Shown: positions 9,078-17,951 of the stretch, one piece after another
Position numbering within the stretch: the stretch's first letter is position 1
Layout: each line of letters begins with the position of its first letter
Origin: an uncultured Chloroflexia bacterium
Lineage (GTDB): Bacteria; Chloroflexota; Limnocylindria; Limnocylindrales; CSP1-4
DNA length: 64,000 bases
Reading direction: 5' to 3'
Assembly (NCBI GenBank): GCA_963781705.1
Contig: CAWAGP010000010.1
Span: 392,782-456,781, forward strand
Program-made: the position numbers and the translations under genes
The notes under the pieces: generated by a model
Database searches by the model: none
The model's input: the letters and a program-made list of their open reading frames with translations, nothing else
Told to the model about the DNA's origin: nothing

Positions 9078-10013
9078 CTACCCGCCTGCAACGACCGATC
9101 CGGCACCCTGTTCCGCGGTCTTGTGCCACCACAATTGGCGCAGGTCACGCCCGAGGAGCGTGGACAAGCGTTCGACGTCTGGCGCCAGCTCCTCCTCCAG
9201 TCGAAGCCGCAGTTCAGGATTGACCGGTGGGCGGCGAATGCGTTGCCGGTTGACGCGCCGCACCAGCCGGGAGGCACGCAGCATGACGCGATCGCCAACG
9301 CCACGAGGTACGAAATAGTGAGACAGTCGCGCGTCGAGCCGGGCGAGCAATAGGCTGCGCGGCCACACCCGGCTGTTATACGTCTTGTACGTGTCCGGCT
9401 CGTAGCTGTCGTCAACGTCGAGGAACCTGAGCACTCGGCTGAACTCGGCCTTTGGATCGGCGGCCATGTCCTCGAGGAGCATCACGTGGACCCGGTCACG
9501 CCCGAAGCCCGCGAACCACCATGGCAGCATCACGTCAAATCGAGCGCGGTCGCGATACCTCACGGAGCTCTGATTGCCGACCACGCCGTAGCCGGGCCGA
9601 TTCCGCTCATCGGCTAGTGCGGCGCCGAAGTCGGTGATGCGTTCAAGACCCTGATTCACGCGCATCGCATGGAGCGAGTGCATCATGCCGATCGGGTCGC
9701 GCAGCATGGCGATGATCCTCGCGTCGGGATTGAACTCGTGGATGCGTTGCGGCGCCTCCGGGGATTCGAGGTAGCTGGTTGAAGCCTCGCCGATGCGCTT
9801 CGCCCCGCCCGCGTCGGCGAAGAGAGCCTCGTAGTGAGGCAGGTCATCTGGATAACGCATCCCGAACTTGGACAGTTGATCGGCCGCAAAGAAGTGCGGC
9901 TCCTTCGGGTGGCGCGGCAGGTAGATCTCGGGATGGCCGATCAGGTACCGGTGGAGTGATGTGGTCCCGCACTTCGGTGCGCCAACCACGAAGAAGTCGG
10001 GACGATTGGTCAC
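9078..10013 (-). CDS. Sulfotransferase (Sulfotransfer_1)
   Basis: FFVVGAPKCGTTSL, KEPHFF, GEASTSY, MLRDPI; GTG 10013 preceded by TAGAAT. Confidence 0.93.
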   Translation of the reverse strand: MTNRPDFFVVGAPKCGTTSLHRYLIGHPEIYLPRHPKEPHFFAADQLSKFGMRYPDDLPHYEALFADAGGAKRIGEASTSYLESPEAPQRIHEFNPDARIIAMLRDPIGMMHSLHAMRVNQGLERITDFGAALADERNRPGYGVVGNQSSVRYRDRARFDVMLPWWFAGFGRDRVHVMLLEDMAADPKAEFSRVLRFLDVDDSYEPDTYKTYNSRVWPRSLLLARLDARLSHYFVPRGVGDRVMLRASRLVRRVNRQRIRRPPVNPELRLRLEEELAPDVERLSTLLGRDLRQLWWHKTAEQGAGSVVAGG

Positions 10014-10064
10014 GGGTCGGCATTCTACGGTAGATCGGTTCAGCGGTGCCATCCGCGGCGCCAT

Positions 10065-10142
10065 CCGCGGCGCCGCCCGCCGCGACCGAGTACCGCCGCG
10101 TCCGCTGGTCGGTCGTCCAGCGACAGATCTTCGCGCCCGAGC
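10065..10142 (+). pseudogene. 78-bp remnant of a sulfotransferase paralog
   Basis: 66/78 nt ungapped identity (hand alignment) to 12037-12114; AAPPAATEYRRVRWSVVQRQIFAPE vs AAPPAANESRRVRSRVVQRLIFAPK. Confidence 0.8.
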
Positions 10143-10145
10143 CTG

Positions 10146-11321
10146 TTATGACTGCGCCGCGAATGAGAACGCGCGTGGGCCGCGATCGGGCAGGGCAAAG
10201 AGCAGCCACATCACAGCCGTCACCACGAACGGACAGAACGGCCAGGGCAGCCAAGCGAGTAGCGGAACCAGCAAGAACAATCGACGGCCGTATGCAGCTC
10301 CCAGGGCTGCAGGCACGATCAGAATTGTCAGATAGTGAACCCACATGAGTGGCGAAAGGAGCAGCGTCGCCGTAAGGGTGACCGCAAAGCTGATTGCGAC
10401 GTCGCGACGCAAGCTTAGGAGAATCGCCCCAACCGCCATCACGTATCCGCACACCAGGAACACAAACGCGAGGGATTGCGGCAGGCCGAGGCGGAGCATC
10501 GTCGATCCAAATTCATGGTTGTCATGCACGCCCATTTCGTAGCTGACGTTGCGGAGGACTTGAACCCATTCGAGCCACGGCCTCAATCCGACAAACGGCA
10601 AGCTCACAGCCACGATTACGAGCAGGCTGCCGGCTAACCAGATGAGCGCGCGCCATTGCCTGCGCAACACCCACCAGCCAGCGACTACTCCGATCCAGGG
10701 ACGAATGGTCAACGATGCGGCGATGGCAAGGCTCCCGATCGGCTTGTCAAGCCACCGCCAGCAAACGACGGCCAAGAAGGTCACGATGAGGCTGACGTTG
10801 CCAAACTCCAAGTCGTAAATGACAGGAGCGCTAACGATCGCGACTGCGAAGATTGCCAGCTTGATCGAGCGCGGGACAGGCATCAGGCCGCAGGTCAAGC
10901 CCAGCAGGACCAACCGGAAGACCAACCAGACGGCCGTGGCGGCGCTCAAGCCTAATGAAGTCAGCGGTACGAGTGCTAGTGACAGAACAGGCGAGTAGAC
11001 GTACAAGCCGGCAGTGCCCGAATGCCACGGGCCGTCGAGTGTCCTTGCCTGGTACGGCGACCCGGTGGCAACGAGGCGCACGGCTGCGTCGTAATAAGCC
11101 TGGAAGTCGACGGGCGATCTGCCGTCCCGCCGTGTCAGCCACCAGAGGCTGAGTGCTGCGCCGGCGACGACGACGGCGATCGCGACGAGGATCAGGCGAT
11201 CCTTCCAGGCATGGGCAGTTGGAGCCGTAGCGCGCGCGTCCTCGAAGTCCGTGATGCGTTCGGAGCCGTCCGGAACGCGCTCGTTGTGGAGCGAAGGCTC
11301 CTTGTAGCGCGTCCTGAACAT
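10146..11321 (-). CDS. GT87/DUF2029 family GT-C membrane glycosyltransferase
   Basis: VDFQAYYDAA, YVYSP, FGNVS, SPLMWVHY, many TM segments; AAGGAG RBS before ATG 11321. Confidence 0.88.
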   Translation of the reverse strand: MFRTRYKEPSLHNERVPDGSERITDFEDARATAPTAHAWKDRLILVAIAVVVAGAALSLWWLTRRDGRSPVDFQAYYDAAVRLVATGSPYQARTLDGPWHSGTAGLYVYSPVLSLALVPLTSLGLSAATAVWLVFRLVLLGLTCGLMPVPRSIKLAIFAVAIVSAPVIYDLEFGNVSLIVTFLAVVCWRWLDKPIGSLAIAASLTIRPWIGVVAGWWVLRRQWRALIWLAGSLLVIVAVSLPFVGLRPWLEWVQVLRNVSYEMGVHDNHEFGSTMLRLGLPQSLAFVFLVCGYVMAVGAILLSLRRDVAISFAVTLTATLLLSPLMWVHYLTILIVPAALGAAYGRRLFLLVPLLAWLPWPFCPFVVTAVMWLLFALPDRGPRAFSFAAQS

Positions 11322-11426
11322 CTGCGGGTGCTCCTTGGTAGCGGTGACGCGAGGTAGTCGCGGACTTTGGCGGACGGATGATAGGCGCGCCTGGGCGGTC
11401 CGCCACGTACGGTATTCTGCCGGAGC

Positions 11427-12395
11427 ATGCCGCGCCCCGATTTCTTCCTCGTGGGCACCTTCAAGGGCGGCTCGACGGCGCTCTACGAGGCACTCCGGCG
11501 CCACCCCCAGGTCTTCATGCCGTTCCACAAGGAGCCGCTCTATTTCGGCGACGATCTGACGCGGCGCTACGGCCGCTTCACGCTCGAGGACTACCTGCGT
11601 CTCTTCCGTGACGCGAAGCCCGGCCAGCGGGTGGGCGAGGCGAGCACCTGGTACCTGTACTCGACGTCGGCCGCCGGCGAGATCCACGACTTCAACCCTG
11701 AGGCCCACATCCTGGTCGTGCTGCGTAACCCGGTCGACGTGATGTACGCGCAGCACAACCAGCTCATCTTCAACGTCATCGAGGACATCCCCGACTTCGC
11801 CGAGGCACTCGCCGCCGAGCCCGACCGCCGCGCCGGGCGGCGGATGCCGCCCGGGCCGATCAACGTCGAGAACCTCTTCTATCGCCACAGTGTCCGTTAC
11901 GTCGAACAGCTGCAGCGCTACTTCGACGCGTTCGGCCGCGAGCGCGTGCACGTGATGCTGTTCGATGACCTGCGTGCCGATGGTTCGGCCGTTGTGCGTG
12001 ACTGTCTCGAGTTTCTGGGCGTCGACGCCAGCCTGGCCGCGGCGCCGCCGGCCGCCAACGAGAGTCGCCGCGTGCGCTCGCGGGTCGTCCAGCGACTGAT
12101 CTTCGCGCCCAAGCTGCTGCTGCCGCTCGCCCCAGTGCTGCGCAAGGTGCCGCTGGTGCGCTCGGCGCGCAGCCGGTTGCTCAACATGAACAGCGAGACG
12201 CGGCCGCGCCAGCCGATGGATCCGGCCCTCCGGCGGCAACTGCTCGACGAGTTCGCGCCGCAGATCGAGCAGCTCGGCCGGCTGATCGGCCGCGACCTCT
12301 CGCCGTGGACGCAGGGCGAGCCACTGCCGAAGCCCGAGCCCGGGCCTGAGGCCGAGCCCGAGCCGGAGCCGGAGGCGTCAACAGCCGGCGCCTGA
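11427..12395 (+). CDS. Sulfotransferase (Sulfotransfer_1)
   Basis: FFLVGTFKGGSTAL, KEPLYF, GEASTWY, LRNPVD. Confidence 0.92.
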   Translation: MPRPDFFLVGTFKGGSTALYEALRRHPQVFMPFHKEPLYFGDDLTRRYGRFTLEDYLRLFRDAKPGQRVGEASTWYLYSTSAAGEIHDFNPEAHILVVLRNPVDVMYAQHNQLIFNVIEDIPDFAEALAAEPDRRAGRRMPPGPINVENLFYRHSVRYVEQLQRYFDAFGRERVHVMLFDDLRADGSAVVRDCLEFLGVDASLAAAPPAANESRRVRSRVVQRLIFAPKLLLPLAPVLRKVPLVRSARSRLLNMNSETRPRQPMDPALRRQLLDEFAPQIEQLGRLIGRDLSPWTQGEPLPKPEPGPEAEPEPEPEASTAGA

Positions 12396-12485
12396 ACTCG
12401 CTGACACCCCGGGCCGGCGCTCAACCACTGGCCCGCGTGAAGCGACCGGACCGCGGCCGCCTGAACCTGTCGCTGGCGCGTCCGA

Positions 12486-12707
12486 CCGTCATTTGTCGAT
12501 CTCACCGACACTAACCGGCCCGACGAGCGGCTCTTCCGTCATTTGTCGGCCGGGTCGGACCTTATGCGGCTCTGGGGCCTCGTTATGCGGCTCCATGGCT
12601 TGTTTGGTCGGCGTCGGCGCGCCGTCTGAGCGTGGAGTAGGCCCGTCAGAGCGTCAAATCGGTGCCGGAAGTCGCGTAACGTCGGCATAGCCGACATTCG
12701 ACGGAAG
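12486..12707. repeat. Hairpin repeat cassette B, gene-less homolog of cassette A
   Basis: Direct units 12486-12513 and 12533-12564 (CCGTCATTTGTCG core) plus an inverted unit at 12677-12707; 12626-12706 aligns ungapped to 559-639. Confidence 0.78.
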
Positions 12708-12780
12708 TGTGCGTGCCCAGGTGACGAGGCACGCGCCCAGGGTGACCGTGCAGCACCCGCAACTGCGATCATGCGTGGCA

Positions 12781-13686
12781 GTGAAACGACCCGAGATCTT
12801 CATCGTCGGCGCGTTCAAGGCGGGTACGACCGCGCTGTACGAGTACCTGCGCGCTCATCCCAACATATTCATGTCGACGCCCAAGGAGCCGATGTACTTT
12901 GGCGGGGACCTGACGCCGCGCTACAAGCGCATGAGCGAGGCCGAATACCTGGCGCTGTTCAAGCGCGCGGCCGACGGACAGCACGCCGGCGAAGCGTCAC
13001 CGTGGTACCTGTACTCGACCGCTGCTGCGCGCGAGATCCACGACTTCAACCACGCGGCACGGATCATCGTCATGCTGCGCAACCCGGTCGACGTGATGTA
13101 CTCGCAGTACAGCCAACTCGTCTTCAACCAGCGTGAGGACCTGACCGATTTCTCAGCGGCCCTGGCCGCCGAGCCCGACCGCCGAGCCGGCCGCCGACTG
13201 CCCGCCGGCGCCATCCGTCCCGAGGCGCTCTTCTACCGCCACAGCGTGCGCTTTGCGGAACAGGTGCAGCGGTATCTCGACGTGTTCGGTCGGCCGGGCG
13301 TCCACTTCGTCGTCTTCGACGACCTGGTCGCCGATCCACGCGCGGTCTATCGCGCAACGCTCGAGTTCCTGGGCGTCGACCCGACTTTCCAGGTCGACCT
13401 GTCCGTCTACAACCCCAACCGCCGTGCACGATCCGGCCGGTTGCAGGGGGCGATCTTCAACCCGCCGCCAGCGCTGCGCGGCGTGGTCGGCCGCCTGCGC
13501 CAGATGCCCATCGCGCATCGGCTGCGCGATGCGCTGGTGTCGGCCAACAGTGCCCAGGCGGCCCGGCCGACGATGGACCCGGAACTGCGCCGTTCGCTGA
13601 CGGCCGAGTTTGCGCCGCAGGTAACCGAGCTGGGCGAGCTGGTCGGCCGGGATCTGTCCGCCTGGAGCAAGGTCGGCAGCACGTGA
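12781..13686 (+). CDS. Sulfotransferase (Sulfotransfer_1), tandem paralog of 11427-12395
   Basis: FIVGAFKAGTTAL, KEPMYF, GEASPWY, MLRNPVD. Confidence 0.92.
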   Translation: MKRPEIFIVGAFKAGTTALYEYLRAHPNIFMSTPKEPMYFGGDLTPRYKRMSEAEYLALFKRAADGQHAGEASPWYLYSTAAAREIHDFNHAARIIVMLRNPVDVMYSQYSQLVFNQREDLTDFSAALAAEPDRRAGRRLPAGAIRPEALFYRHSVRFAEQVQRYLDVFGRPGVHFVVFDDLVADPRAVYRATLEFLGVDPTFQVDLSVYNPNRRARSGRLQGAIFNPPPALRGVVGRLRQMPIAHRLRDALVSANSAQAARPTMDPELRRSLTAEFAPQVTELGELVGRDLSAWSKVGST

Positions 13687-14444
13687 CCCACCAGGACGGC
13701 CTGCGCGAGATCCCCATCAAGCCGGTCGGCACCACGGTGCACGACGTGTCGTTCGACGAGGCGGTCGAACTGATCATCAAGTGGGCGCGCGAGGGGAGTG
13801 GCGGCTACGTGTCGACGCCCAACGTCGACCACCTCGTGCGCGCCCGACGCGACCCGGCCTTTCGCGCGCTGATGATGGGCGCCCGCCTGCGCCTGCCCGA
13901 CGGGATGGGCCTCATCTATGCCTCGCGGCTGGCCGGCACGCCCATCCGGGAAGCCGTCCACGGCCGACTGTTACCGGAGGAGATCGTGCGTCGCACGGTC
14001 CCCGACTCGCCACCGCTGGCGATGATCGGCGGCCGCGACGATGCGCCGCAGAAGGCGACCGACTACCTGCGCGGGCTGGGTGCCAACGTGGTCGCCGCGG
14101 TCAGTCCGCCGATGGGTTTCGAGATCGGCGGCCCGCTGGACGAGGAGGCGACGCGGGTGCTGGTCGAGGCCGATCCGCGCATCCTGATCGTCGGCTTCGG
14201 CGCCCCCAAACAGGAGACCTGGATGGCGCGCCATGCGGCAGAGCTGCCACACACGGTGATGTTGGGCATCGGCCAGACGGTTGACATCCTGGGCGGTCGC
14301 GTACCCGCCGCGCCGGCGTGGATGACGCGCGTCGGGCTCGAATGGGCCTTTCGCATGCTGCGTGATCCGGTGCGCATCGGCCGGCGAGTCTTCATCAACG
14401 ACCCCCCGTTCTTCTGGTGGATGCTGCGATCGCGCTTCGGCTGA
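13683..14444 (+). CDS. WecB/TagA/CpsF family glycosyltransferase (GT26)
   Basis: TPNVDH, PDGMGL, VGFGAPKQETW, APAWMTRVGLEWAFRM. Confidence 0.93.
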   Translation: MTHQDGLREIPIKPVGTTVHDVSFDEAVELIIKWAREGSGGYVSTPNVDHLVRARRDPAFRALMMGARLRLPDGMGLIYASRLAGTPIREAVHGRLLPEEIVRRTVPDSPPLAMIGGRDDAPQKATDYLRGLGANVVAAVSPPMGFEIGGPLDEEATRVLVEADPRILIVGFGAPKQETWMARHAAELPHTVMLGIGQTVDILGGRVPAAPAWMTRVGLEWAFRMLRDPVRIGRRVFINDPPFFWWMLRSRFG

Positions 14445-14451
14445 CTCACGC

Positions 14452-14646
14452 CGGGTTGCCACTCATCCAGAGTGAGTCCATGGCGGCGCACTTGGGAGCG
14501 TCACCGGGTGGCCACTCATCCAGAGTGAATGGGAGACCATGGCTGCCCACTTGGCCGTTCCATCTCCGCCTTGAGTGGCCACTCATCCAGAGTGAATGAG
14601 GGCCAGGAATTGGACACCTGCGCCCGCCATTCAGGCTGGGTGAATG
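14452..14646. repeat. Intergenic palindromic repeat cluster GCCACTCATCCAGAGTGA x3 plus one degenerate copy
   Basis: Exact 18-mers at 14458, 14511 and 14578; 16/21 copy at 14626-14646; inner palindrome CACTC-ATCCA-GAGTG. Confidence 0.88.
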
Positions 14647-14679
14647 ACGGGGGAGTAAGCTGCCCGCGAGGAGGTCGCC

Positions 14680-15801
14680 ATGACGGGATCGGCGCGCCGG
14701 CTGCGGGCGGTCGTGTTTGCTTTGGCTCTGCTGATGACGGGATCCGGCGCGCTCGCCGGACCGGTTTCGGCGGCGCACTTCAAATTCAACCCGTTGCCGT
14801 GGCTGAACCTTGCCTCGGACATGCTCGCCAACGTGCCCGGCGGTTCCGCGATGGTGCAGCAGCTCGTCGGGCCGACTTCGCTCAGCTACGGCACCGACGG
14901 TCGCCTGACGGTATTGCTCGTGGGCTCCGACTATCGGGCACGACTCGCCGGCACCGGCGAACGGACCGACACGATCATGGTGGTGACCATCAACCCCAAC
15001 ACCCACCAGGTCGCCGCGGTCAGCCTGCCGCGGGACGTCGGCAGGGTGCCCATCGGTCCCGGCCAGACATTCAAGGGCAAGATCAACGGCTTGTTCAAGT
15101 CGTACAAGAGGGCATACGGGACGCGCGAAGCGGCGCTGGAGCATCTGCGCCAGGCAATTTCCTATGCGTTGAACGTCCAGATCGACTACGTCGCGTACAT
15201 CCGCTTCACGGGCGTTGAAACGCTGGTCAGCCAGGTCGGCGGCGTGCCGGTGACCGTCACCAAGACGATCCTCGACAAGCGGATCGTGGACGATCGGGTC
15301 AGCGGCCACCCGCACGGCGCCAAGTTTCTGCAGAGCTCGAGCACGCTGATGCTCGGCGCCAACGCGCCGTGGTGCTGGGGTCCCGGCACGTCGGGTAACT
15401 GGAATGCCGTGCCCAACTGCACGCGGGCGCTGCTGTACGTGCGCAGCCGGCACGGCCGGGGTAACAACGACTGGGTGCGCGCCAAGCGGCAGCAGACCTT
15501 CATCATGGCCGCCATCCAGCGCGTGGACAGCCAGAACGCCGGCGACCAGAACGCGCTGTACGCGCTGGCCAACAAGGCACGCAGCATTCCGAGCGACTTC
15601 TACACGACCCTGCCCATGGCCACTGACGGCGACGTCTTCGCGCTGTACAACCTGCTGCGCTATGCCAGCCCGAACAACTTCCTGCATGCGGTCTTCAAGC
15701 CGCCCAAGTACGCGTCAAACGTCAGAGGAACCTCCAAGCAGGTGCTGAACCTGAGCGCCGTGCGCGCGCTCACCGCCGCCTGGTTCGCACCGGTTCACTG
15801 A
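14680..15801 (+). CDS. LCP (LytR-CpsA-Psr) family protein with signal peptide
   Basis: VLLVGSD, RTDTIMVV, SLPRD, KIN, YVRSRH, DWVRAKRQQ; GAGGAGG RBS. Confidence 0.92.
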   Translation: MTGSARRLRAVVFALALLMTGSGALAGPVSAAHFKFNPLPWLNLASDMLANVPGGSAMVQQLVGPTSLSYGTDGRLTVLLVGSDYRARLAGTGERTDTIMVVTINPNTHQVAAVSLPRDVGRVPIGPGQTFKGKINGLFKSYKRAYGTREAALEHLRQAISYALNVQIDYVAYIRFTGVETLVSQVGGVPVTVTKTILDKRIVDDRVSGHPHGAKFLQSSSTLMLGANAPWCWGPGTSGNWNAVPNCTRALLYVRSRHGRGNNDWVRAKRQQTFIMAAIQRVDSQNAGDQNALYALANKARSIPSDFYTTLPMATDGDVFALYNLLRYASPNNFLHAVFKPPKYASNVRGTSKQVLNLSAVRALTAAWFAPVH

Positions 15802-15811
15802 TCTCAACTCG

Positions 15812-16534
15812 ATGCAGGCCGGGGTCGCATCGCGGGTGGATTTGCACTGCCACAGCTCGGCCTCGTTCGACGGCAGCATCGATCCCGTAGCGCTGCTCGA
15901 GCTGGCCCGCGAGCGTGGGCTGACGCACCTGGCAATCACCGACCACGACACCATCGACGGCGCTCTGGCGGCCCGCGCTGCGGCCGTCCCAGGCATCCAA
16001 TTGATCGTGGGCGAGGAGGTGCGTACGAGCGAGGGCGATCTCATCGTGCTTTTCGTCGAGCGGCGCATCCCGTCTGGCCTCCAGCCTGAGGAGACCGTCC
16101 GACTGGCACGTGAGCAGGGCGCGCTCGTTGGCCTTGCCCATCCTTTCGACGCCACGCGGCCGTCAATCGGCCGTGGCAGCAGTCGCCCAGAGCAACTGGA
16201 GCGCCTGGCGCGCCTGGCCGACTATGTCGAGGTCCACAACGGCCGGGTCCGCGAGCAGATCGCGAACGGTCGCGCGGCCGACTTTGCGCGCGAGTTTCAT
16301 GTGCCGCAGGTGGCCGCGTCGGACGCGCACACCGAGCCGGAGGTCGGGCTGGCCGCGACCGTCTTTGACTCTGACATCGCGACGGCCGCCGACCTGCGCG
16401 CTGCCCTGCAGGCAGGCGGCGCATTGCGGGTCCGCGAGCCAGACCAGGCGGCCGGGGCCACCGGCGAGCAGAGTCGGGGCCTGCGCGGGCTCGTAGCACG
16501 GCTGACTGGGCCCCGGGGAGAGCAGCGCGACTGA
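15812..16534 (+). CDS. PHP-domain metallophosphoesterase
   Basis: DLHCHS..DG, AITDHDT, GEEV, AHP, ASDAH. Confidence 0.92.
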   Translation: MQAGVASRVDLHCHSSASFDGSIDPVALLELARERGLTHLAITDHDTIDGALAARAAAVPGIQLIVGEEVRTSEGDLIVLFVERRIPSGLQPEETVRLAREQGALVGLAHPFDATRPSIGRGSSRPEQLERLARLADYVEVHNGRVREQIANGRAADFAREFHVPQVAASDAHTEPEVGLAATVFDSDIATAADLRAALQAGGALRVREPDQAAGATGEQSRGLRGLVARLTGPRGEQRD

Positions 16535-17892
16535 TGCGCCGTCCGGCCCTGGCCGCGTTGCTCTCTTTCATCTGGCCGGGCCTGGGCCAGGCCTACCAGC
16601 GCCAGCCACGACGCGCTCTGGTTCAAGCCGGGCCGCAACTGATCGTCGTCCTGCTGGTCGTGCTGGCTGTCCTCGTCCTGCACCCCATCGTCTTTGTCGC
16701 CTACCTGGTCAACCCGCTCGTGTCGATCGGCCTGGTGGTTGTTGTCGGCCTGCTCGCCCTGTGGCACGCCTGGTCGATCATCGACGCCACCGGCGAACCG
16801 TCACGTCCGACACGACTGTGGGCCACCGCGCTGATGGTGCTCGTCCTCTTGATCCATACCTGGGTGGGCTACAACCTGCTGCTGTTCTATCGCGTGGGCA
16901 CGCTCATTTACGAGCCGCCCCCGGTGGCGGTCATACCAACACTGGCGCCCGGGCAGACCATGAGGCCAGGCGAGAGCGGCGGCCCGGCCACGCTCCAACC
17001 GGGCGAGACGCCGAGCTCGACGACGCCGGATCCCAGCGCCACGCCATTACCGCCGCTGCCCGGTGCGAACGGACGGGTCACGATCCTCCTTGTTGGCCTG
17101 GATAACACGCATGGCGATCTGCTCGCACTCACCGATACCTTGATCGTGGCCTCGTTCGACCCACGCGATGGAACGCTGGACATGATCAGCCTGCCGCGCG
17201 ACACGTCGCACCTGCCCTACTACGGCGGCGGCACGTTCTTGCCGCGCATCAACTCGCTGGCTCAGCACACCGTCCGCGATCCCGCGGCGTACCCAGATGG
17301 CCCGATGGGCACGCTGGTCAATGAAATGTCGTACCTCGTCGGCATTCCCATCGACTACTACGCCGTGATCGGCATCAGTGGCTTCAGCCAACTGGTCGAT
17401 GCGGTCGGCGGCGTGGACATCAATGTCACGCAGCCGGTCAACGACCCGGGCTACCAGTTCGCCCCGAACGAGGTCGGCTTCTACGTCGCCGCGGGCGAGC
17501 ACCACTTCGACGGAAAGTACGCGACCGCCTACGCGCGCTCACGCCACGGCAGCAGCGACTATGCGCGAGCCGCTCGCCAGCAACAGCTGCTGTTGGCGCT
17601 GCGCAGCAAACTGAGCGATCCGTTCGTGCTGACCAACCTGCCCCAGATTTTGGACGCGGTATCGCAGATCGTGCGCACCGACGCACCACTGGATCGACTG
17701 CCGGACATCATTTCTATCGTTGAGCGCAGCACGTCCGCCGACACGAAGAACATCGTGCTGGATCCGCCCAAGTATGCCCATGGCTACCGCACCACGGCCG
17801 GCGACCCGACCAACATGAACCAGCTCGACATGGACGCGGTGGCGCAATTGTCGATCTCGCTGTTCGGCAGCGACAGCCTGTACAGCCACTAG
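16534..17892 (+). CDS. Membrane-bound LCP family protein (multi-TM N-terminus)
   Basis: LSFIWPGLGQ TM region; LLVGLD, TDTLIV, SLPRD, RIN, YARSRH, DYARAARQQ. Confidence 0.92.
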   Translation: MRRPALAALLSFIWPGLGQAYQRQPRRALVQAGPQLIVVLLVVLAVLVLHPIVFVAYLVNPLVSIGLVVVVGLLALWHAWSIIDATGEPSRPTRLWATALMVLVLLIHTWVGYNLLLFYRVGTLIYEPPPVAVIPTLAPGQTMRPGESGGPATLQPGETPSSTTPDPSATPLPPLPGANGRVTILLVGLDNTHGDLLALTDTLIVASFDPRDGTLDMISLPRDTSHLPYYGGGTFLPRINSLAQHTVRDPAAYPDGPMGTLVNEMSYLVGIPIDYYAVIGISGFSQLVDAVGGVDINVTQPVNDPGYQFAPNEVGFYVAAGEHHFDGKYATAYARSRHGSSDYARAARQQQLLLALRSKLSDPFVLTNLPQILDAVSQIVRTDAPLDRLPDIISIVERSTSADTKNIVLDPPKYAHGYRTTAGDPTNMNQLDMDAVAQLSISLFGSDSLYSH

Positions 17893-17951
17893 CGCAGCCA
17901 CTCGACCGGCTAGACTGGCGACGTTCAAGGCACAAGAGGGGGACCAATCAC

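Noticed and set aside
10146-12239. 697-aa single ORF
   Set aside because: The first ~300 codons are mostly the antisense shadow of the + strand sulfotransferase; the real gene starts at ATG 11321 after AAGGAG.
12325-12375. GAGCCC/GAGCCG repeats
   Set aside because: Encodes a low-complexity Pro/Glu tail of the sulfotransferase.
14452-14646. CRISPR array
   Set aside because: Only 3-4 repeats of 18-21 nt, irregular periods (53, 67, 48), spacers resemble each other, and no cas genes in the window.
15812-16534. CpsB tyrosine phosphatase partner of Wzc
   Set aside because: Motifs (AITDHDT, GEEV) fit generic TrpH/YciV-like PHP proteins better; the assignment cannot be supported.
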